Assembly: GCA_035603035.1 (NCBI GenBank)
Contig: DATNLE010000379.1
Location: forward strand, 11,172 to 75,171
Length of the DNA stretch: 64,000 nucleotides
Reading direction: 5' to 3'
From: Candidatus Acidiferrales bacterium
Lineage (GTDB): Bacteria; Acidobacteriota; Terriglobia; Terriglobales; Acidobacteriaceae
Shown here: positions 61,437-64,000 of the stretch, one piece after another
Layout of the letters: each line of letters starts with the position of its first letter
Numbering within the stretch: the first letter of the stretch is position 1
The notes under the pieces: generated by a model
What the model saw: the letters and a program-made list of their open reading frames with translations, nothing else
What the model was told of the DNA's origin: nothing
Database searches by the model: none
Position numbers and translations under genes: made by a program

Positions 61437-62117
61437 TTATTGGCGGTGGGTTGAAGCTCCCGCTGCGATTTCGCGAAGAGCGCTGACGAATTCCGCGGCG
61501 GCGTCGGGATCGGCCAAGGCTTCCAGTTGAACGGTGGCGGAAAATTGCGGCGATTCCGGACAGAAGTGTACTTGCAAAATATCCTGCCGCCGCGCCGACA
61601 TCAGCGCGTTCAACTCTGCCGAAGGATCCTGCTTCCAGTGCGTCCGCGTGGTCAGGATAACCGGCCCTGGTTCGTAGATGTCCCACTCGCGATCATCGCG
61701 CTTGCGAGAAGAAATCCCACGGTTATGAGCACACCAGCGATGGCGAAGAACATCCAAGCGAAATGCCGGGGACCCGTCCAGATCAGCTTCGAAGGTCAAT
61801 GTTTCTTTTTGTTTGTGGCAGCAGCTTATCAGCCACTGAATAGGAAGAGCGCGCGGCCGAAATTTCACCGTGACGCGGGCATTCTCGAACCAACGGGAGG
61901 GAAAATGCAGTCGGGCCTGCAGGCGGGAAGTTCCCAGCCAGCGGGAATCCAGAATCCGTCCCTTTCCGGCGCATGCGTTCTGGACCCAGCGCAAGGCCAT
62001 CGCGCCCTTTTTTCGGTTGTAATGCGAAAACACGAGGTACCACAGCGCCAAAACGGCAACCGAAGCGACCACGTCAATCAGGAGAAGGCGTCCCACACGC
62101 TTTCCTCTGATGCTCAT
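61437..62117 (-). CDS. Single-pass membrane hypothetical protein
   Basis: The internal ATG 62117 (MSIRGKRVGRLLLIDVVASVAVLALWYLVF) is chosen because the longer 369-aa ORF would overlap the opposite-strand GNAT gene. It ends 13 nt upstream of the longest start (61424) of the VWFA ORF and 127 nt upstream of the preferred start 61310. Confidence 0.5.
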   Translation of the reverse strand: MSIRGKRVGRLLLIDVVASVAVLALWYLVFSHYNRKKGAMALRWVQNACAGKGRILDSRWLGTSRLQARLHFPSRWFENARVTVKFRPRALPIQWLISCCHKQKETLTFEADLDGSPAFRLDVLRHRWCAHNRGISSRKRDDREWDIYEPGPVILTTRTHWKQDPSAELNALMSARRQDILQVHFCPESPQFSATVQLEALADPDAAAEFVSALREIAAGASTHRQ

Positions 62118-62273
62118 GGTACGTCCGAGGTTGCGGACGAAGCAAGGGCCAATCGCCTCCAATTCATAATTCCGCCGCGCCCAGCTTATCGGGCTGTGGA
62201 AAACTAGGGACAAAACCTTTCCGAGGAAAGCAGCTGCGGTTTTGCGCCCCCGACTCGCGGCTACAATGGCCCC

Positions 62274-62786
62274 GTGCCCTTTACTGTTCGTGACTCTCAG
62301 AGTGCGGATTTCGACACGCTTTGGCGCATTGACCAAAGCTGTTTTCCTCCCGGCATTTCCTATTCCCGGCCGGAACTGAGGCTGTACATGAAGCGGCGGG
62401 CATCGTTCACGCTGGTGGCGGTGAGCGCGGAAGCAAAGCATGCGGCCGGTATCGTTTCCGCAAAAGACGCAAAACATTCTCCGCCAATCGATGCCGGCAT
62501 CGCTGGTTTCATCGTGGCCGAAGCGGGCGCCCGAGCCCGCGGCCACATCATCACCATCGATGTGATTGCACCTGCGCGCCGGTTCGGGGTGGGATCGCTC
62601 CTGCTGCGCGCCGCCGAAGACCGGTTGATCCTCGCCGAATGCCGCGGAGTCGAACTGGAGACTGCCGTGGATAATATTTCAGCCTTATCGTTTTACAAGC
62701 GCCAGGGTTATACCGTGACCAGAACCCTTCCTCGCTACTATTCCAACGGAGTCGATGCTTTGGTATTGGAGAAAGCGCTGCTCTAA
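62274..62786 (+). CDS. GNAT-family N-acetyltransferase (RimI-like)
   Basis: It has the acetyl-CoA motif VIAPARRFGVGSLLL (R-x-x-G-x-G) and the C-terminal ALSFYKRQGY. The start codon is GTG. Confidence 0.8.
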   Translation: MPFTVRDSQSADFDTLWRIDQSCFPPGISYSRPELRLYMKRRASFTLVAVSAEAKHAAGIVSAKDAKHSPPIDAGIAGFIVAEAGARARGHIITIDVIAPARRFGVGSLLLRAAEDRLILAECRGVELETAVDNISALSFYKRQGYTVTRTLPRYYSNGVDALVLEKALL

Positions 62787-62823
62787 CCGGTAGCCCAAAA
62801 TTTATGGACTTTGCCGAAACAAT

Positions 62824-63747
62824 TTGCGTTCCGCACTCTCTCCAGCTAACTTGCCTGTGGTGAAACTCGACGCCATCAAAGTCGCCATTCAAGGCGAGCT
62901 CGGTTCCTTCAGCCACGAGGCTGCCGAGCACATGGTGCCGCACTGTTCTGTCGTCCCCTGCGCGCGATCAGGGGATGTGTTTGACCGGGTCAAAAACGGT
63001 TCGGTAGCAGGTGCGGTCATTCCCATCGAGAACTCGCTGGCCGGTACAGTGGCCGAGCACGCCGACCTGCTGGTGACGCGGGACGTATTTATTCAAGCCG
63101 AGTTCGGGTTGCGTATCGTGCATAATCTGATCGCAGCGCCGGGCGTGAAACTCGGTGCTCTGCGCCGTGCCTTCTCGCATCCGGTGGCCATCGATCAATG
63201 CCGCGATTTTTTTCGCCGCCACCCGAAGATCGAGCCGGTTCCGTTCTACGATACGGCCGGAAGCGTCAAACACGTCTTGGCAGAGGGTCTTCGGGATGCT
63301 GCCGGCATCGCCGGTCGGAACGCCGCTCGCGAATATTCCGGGAGAATTCTTCAGAAGGGCATCGAAGACGACAAAGGCAACTTCACGCGCTTTTTGTTGA
63401 TTCGCCGGTCAAGAGCAAAGTCGCGAACTGGAGCCCCGCGCAAGAGGCTAGCGGCTGCAACCGCAACCCCCTACCAGCGCCTGATTCCGCCAGGAGCCAA
63501 CAAGACTTCCATTGCCTACAAGCTGAAGAACCAGCCCGGTGCGCTCTTCAAGTCGCTCAGCGTCTTCGCGCTGCGCGATATTAGCCTGAGCAAGATCGAG
63601 TCTCGTCCCCTGCGGGGACGGCCCTGGGAATACGTCTTCTACGTTGACTTCCTGCGCGGCGACGATGAGCCCGCACGCAATGCTCTCCGACACCTGAGCG
63701 AAGTCGCGGAGTTCGTTAAGGTGTTAGGAATCTACCCGGCAGCATAA
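62824..63747 (+). CDS. pheA: Prephenate dehydratase with C-terminal ACT domain
   Basis: The PDT domain has IQGELGSFSHEAA, IPIENSLAGTV and NFTRFLLI. The ACT domain has PGALFKSLSVFALRDISLSKIESRP. The start is uncertain (TTG 62824 or the GTG a few codons downstream). Confidence 0.85.
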   Translation: MRSALSPANLPVVKLDAIKVAIQGELGSFSHEAAEHMVPHCSVVPCARSGDVFDRVKNGSVAGAVIPIENSLAGTVAEHADLLVTRDVFIQAEFGLRIVHNLIAAPGVKLGALRRAFSHPVAIDQCRDFFRRHPKIEPVPFYDTAGSVKHVLAEGLRDAAGIAGRNAAREYSGRILQKGIEDDKGNFTRFLLIRRSRAKSRTGAPRKRLAAATATPYQRLIPPGANKTSIAYKLKNQPGALFKSLSVFALRDISLSKIESRPLRGRPWEYVFYVDFLRGDDEPARNALRHLSEVAEFVKVLGIYPAA

Positions 63748-63908
63748 AAAAGCAAGATTGACTACCTTGAGACGATTAGCCGGCCCGCACATCCGCAATA
63801 GCCCCGGTACCTTGGACATCATGTGCTCAGCAGGAAAATGCCGATAGAATCTAAAAACCTTCAGAGTAGTGGATGGGCTGAAACCTTTCCGGAAGAGTAT
63901 CATCTAAG

Positions 63909-63929
63909 CTTGAGTGAGTTACACTCAAG
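63909..63929 (+). promoter_or_regulatory. Perfect 8-bp inverted repeat overlapping the Shine-Dalgarno of the last gene
   Basis: CTTGAGTG-agtta-CACTCAAG is followed directly by GAGAG. The 3' arm shares AAG with the AAGGAG SD that precedes ATG 63938. Confidence 0.5.
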
Positions 63930-63937
63930 GAGAGCCA

Positions 63938-64000
63938 ATGAGCCAACAGCCGCTTTCCGAGCCTATTGCTAAGACCCGGGAAATAAATGATGTACGGGCT
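63938..64000 (+). CDS. 5' end of an unidentified CDS (runs off the right edge)
   Basis: An AAGGAGAG SD lies 5-6 nt upstream. MSQQPLSEPIAKTREINDVR stays open to the end of the window. Confidence 0.4.
   Translation, partial: MSQQPLSEPIAKTREINDVRA

Noticed and set aside
62118-62546. N-terminal 143 codons of the 369-aa minus-strand ORF
   Set aside because: This part would overlap the well-supported opposite-strand GNAT gene. The internal ATG 62117 gives a sensible basic N-terminus followed by a TM.

Overview
The window looks like an ordinary chromosomal segment of an Acidobacteriota-type genome. This placement is an inference from CarboxypepD_reg-type TonB-dependent receptors, a VWFA-related acidobacterial protein, a Ser/Thr kinase fused to a PD40/TolB propeller and a two-gene egtB-egtD cluster. 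About 55 genes are tightly packed, with many ATGA start/stop overlaps. I saw no rRNA, tRNA, CRISPR array, integrase or transposase. Recognisable content includes dnaX (truncated at the left edge and missing from the ORF track) and hemQ. It also includes xfp-ackA next to lctP and an FMN lactate oxidase/dehydrogenase, a GT4 plus debranching-enzyme-like pair, and an OsmF/YehZ-type ABC importer. Further along are egtBD, a Delta9-type desaturase followed by an intramembrane-sensing two-component system, an ABC exporter, glnA and pheA. Five candidates look most worth following up. (1) An unannotated 51-aa Arg-rich sORF is translationally coupled to a receiver-like protein lacking the phospho-acceptor Asp and then to an RRM RNA-binding protein, beside a DEAD-box helicase. 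(2) A Pol-beta-fold nucleotidyltransferase is coupled to a metallophosphoesterase. (3) Gene-decay signatures include a DUF4136-like pseudogene and a compensated double frameshift. (4) The sensor kinase pair is flanked by the desaturase on one side and the ABC exporter on the other. (5) A zinc-ribbon M50 protease sits next to a zinc-ribbon membrane protein. All family calls are made by eye from motifs. No searches were run.
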